From the IMG/VR virus record IMGVR_UViG_3300043427_002600, positions 1 to 60,769 of that record: 60,769 nt of DNA. One strand, given 5' to 3'. Made by a program: the position numbers and the translations under genes. This document shows positions 59,315 to 60,769 of the stretch, one piece after another. A model generated the notes under the pieces. It was given only the letters and a program-made list of their open reading frames with translations, made no database searches and was not told where the DNA came from. How positions within the stretch are numbered: the stretch's first letter is position 1; each line of letters opens with the position of its first letter. This DNA is from a virus. Lineage: Duplodnaviria > Caudoviricetes.

Positions 59315-60211
59315 TTACGCTACAGTTTGAAACTTACCGAAGTTGAAGTTGGCGTAAGCGAAGACCTCACGATTCACCAGTTTGAACATACCGAACTCAT
59401 TGGTGAGAACGTAACCCTCAGCATCAATACGGTTGCCGTTGATGTATGCTGCAGGACCATCATTGCGGCACAGGAACAGGCAATCTTCCTTAATGGACTT
59501 CACCAGCAACCACAAACGGATCAGGTTAGGATCACACTCAAAGTCATCTTCGTGAATCCTCATCCCAGCACGAATACGGGCGTTGATTTGCTTTTTGATC
59601 TCTGCTGCTTTCCTATCAGTTACGAACTGAACAGCAAGTGACAATGCACGGGCGAACTTGCACACCTCCTCAACATCAGCGAAGGATTCCTGATTGTGAG
59701 CGATGAATGCATTCGGTTTCACGAACTTGACGTGCTCGGTATCATTCCAGATTGCACGATCAGGGTATGCCTCAGCATCACGAAGATCGCTCTCAGCATA
59801 ATAGCAGGTGTGCGGAGCGATGATAATGTTCTGGGAAACTACCTCAGGAAAAACATACGTGATCGTGTTGGACTTGTACTCACAAAGTCCACCGAACCCG
59901 ATGAAGTCTGCCTGATAGATCGTTTCGGTACGGGGCAGATGATCAAAGCACGAATGAAGAATCTGCGCTACATTGCCTTCATAGAACTGATCAATCTCTT
60001 CGTGATTGTGAGCAATACGAATCTTCTTCTTGTTGAAGACTGCTTTGGTTCCTACAAAGAACTCGCCGCAGGCAGGATCAATGCCCCACACGATGGCGGG
60101 CGCTCCGTCGATCTTGACGGACAGGGAACCAGGCGTCACGAACCAGTCCAGCACGGACAGGTCGCCGTTCAGGATCGTGTCTTCGGGGTGCTCCAGGTGG
60201 GTGTTCTTCAT
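59315..60211 (-). CDS. Conserved phage protein (DUF6267-like) with ligase/nucleotidyltransferase-type motifs
   Basis: MKNTHLEHPED, VKIDGAPA (KxDG), EGYV, KLVNR. Confidence 0.7.
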   Translation of the reverse strand: MKNTHLEHPEDTILNGDLSVLDWFVTPGSLSVKIDGAPAIVWGIDPACGEFFVGTKAVFNKKKIRIAHNHEEIDQFYEGNVAQILHSCFDHLPRTETIYQADFIGFGGLCEYKSNTITYVFPEVVSQNIIIAPHTCYYAESDLRDAEAYPDRAIWNDTEHVKFVKPNAFIAHNQESFADVEEVCKFARALSLAVQFVTDRKAAEIKKQINARIRAGMRIHEDDFECDPNLIRLWLLVKSIKEDCLFLCRNDGPAAYINGNRIDAEGYVLTNEFGMFKLVNREVFAYANFNFGKFQTVA

Positions 60212-60277
60212 CGGGTAGTTTGCTTATGAACGTAGTATGGCACGAACAGGGGGGGCATCGCAACCCCCCTTGTGATA

Positions 60278-60565
60278 CTACACGAACTGGCACACGGGCA
60301 GCGCCACTTCGGTCATGAGTACGCTCTCCTGACGGAAGGCGGTTTTGAATGCCTCAGCGATCTCTGCCACGCTGTCGCTGTCGTCGGTGATAAAGGTCAG
60401 GATCGTAACCTGCTCTTGATCACCCTTCCAGAATCCCACGCCTTCGGTGACGGTGAACCCATCGAAGCGGGGGCAGACTTCCTCACGAATGAAGGTCTGC
60501 ATCATTGCCTTGGTCACGGTGCCAGAGTCGGGGATGTTGCGACCGAGGAACAGTTGGAATTGCAC
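60278..60565 (-). CDS. DUF3574/PII-like fold protein, candidate SAM lyase
   Basis: LFLGRNI, EGVGFWKGDQE, FRQESVL; GTG start after the repeat. Confidence 0.6.
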   Translation of the reverse strand: MQFQLFLGRNIPDSGTVTKAMMQTFIREEVCPRFDGFTVTEGVGFWKGDQEQVTILTFITDDSDSVAEIAEAFKTAFRQESVLMTEVALPVCQFV

Positions 60566-60635
60566 GGGGGTTTCCCTGAACTGAATTCAGTATGGCAGGG
60601 GCAGGGCACGAATGCAACCACCCCTGTGCCACTTG

Positions 60636-60769
60636 TCAGACTGTCACACCCTCCACCAGTTCCTGAATGACATCTTCATCATACACATTGGCGATCTCAT
60701 TGAGAACATCTTCAGGTCCCATGTTCCTCATGTTCTCTACAATCGTATCATAGGCAAATTGCACCAGGC
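60636..60769 (-). CDS. 3' end of an acidic early protein (partial)
   Basis: Manual: ...LVQFAYDTIVENMRNMGPEDVLNEIANVYDEDVIQELVEGVTV*. Confidence 0.6.
   Translation of the reverse strand, partial: LVQFAYDTIVENMRNMGPEDVLNEIANVYDEDVIQELVEGVTV

Larger units (their letters stand above)
55026..60647 (-). repeat. Dispersed promoter/leader repeat, about 19 copies, one per gene
   Basis: Plus-strand GAACTGAGnnnATTGTAGCA or variants at 55026, 55285, 55552, 55793, 55999, 56590, 56833, 57053, 57256, 57444, 57621, 57860, 58116, 58281, 58554, 58847, 59041, 60228, 60578. Confidence 0.9.

Noticed and set aside
55026-60597. Repeat array as a CRISPR array
   Set aside because: Repeats are degenerate and promoter-like; intervening sequences are about 170-1200 bp intact ORFs; no cas genes
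55026-60597. Integron with attC sites
   Set aside because: No tyrosine recombinase in the window; repeats lack RYYYAAC/GTTRRRY paired ends and each unit has its own promoter
1-60769. tRNA or rRNA genes
   Set aside because: No cloverleaf or T-loop pattern recognised in the short intergenic spaces by eye; tRNAscan-SE was not run

Overview
The window is a 60.8-kb segment of a T4-like cyanomyophage (Kyanoviridae-like, probably freshwater), and essentially all real genes are on the minus strand. Positions 1-54.6 kb are AT-rich and hold the syntenic T4-like core. This includes a HEXXH peptidase fragment, peptide deformylase, g46/g47/g55, uvsW/uvsY, g3, head genes g23-g20, tail genes g19/g18, terminase g17/g16, neck genes g15-g13, a VrlC-like protein, baseplate genes g8/g7/g6/g25, speD, a glycosyltransferase and an AbrB-like gene, with T4-type late promoters. 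At about 54.7 kb the sequence switches abruptly to a GC-rich array of about 19 mostly tiny genes, each with its own copy of a conserved promoter/leader module (TGCTACAAT..CTCAGTTCAA). Many copies also have a stem-loop and a GTGCCA-N10-TGGCAC dyad at fixed spacing. The cargo includes a SAM-lyase-like protein, a PD-(D/E)xK nuclease-like protein and a ligase-motif protein. Other highlights are three ORFs with T4 capsid-targeting N-termini (MKTFQEF), two modular proteins that look like gp21-cleaved polyproteins, a homing endonuclease whose start codon is buried in a perfect 19-bp hairpin containing a late promoter, and a divergent promoter driving a non-coding transcript. Family assignments come from motif recognition and synteny, not from database searches.
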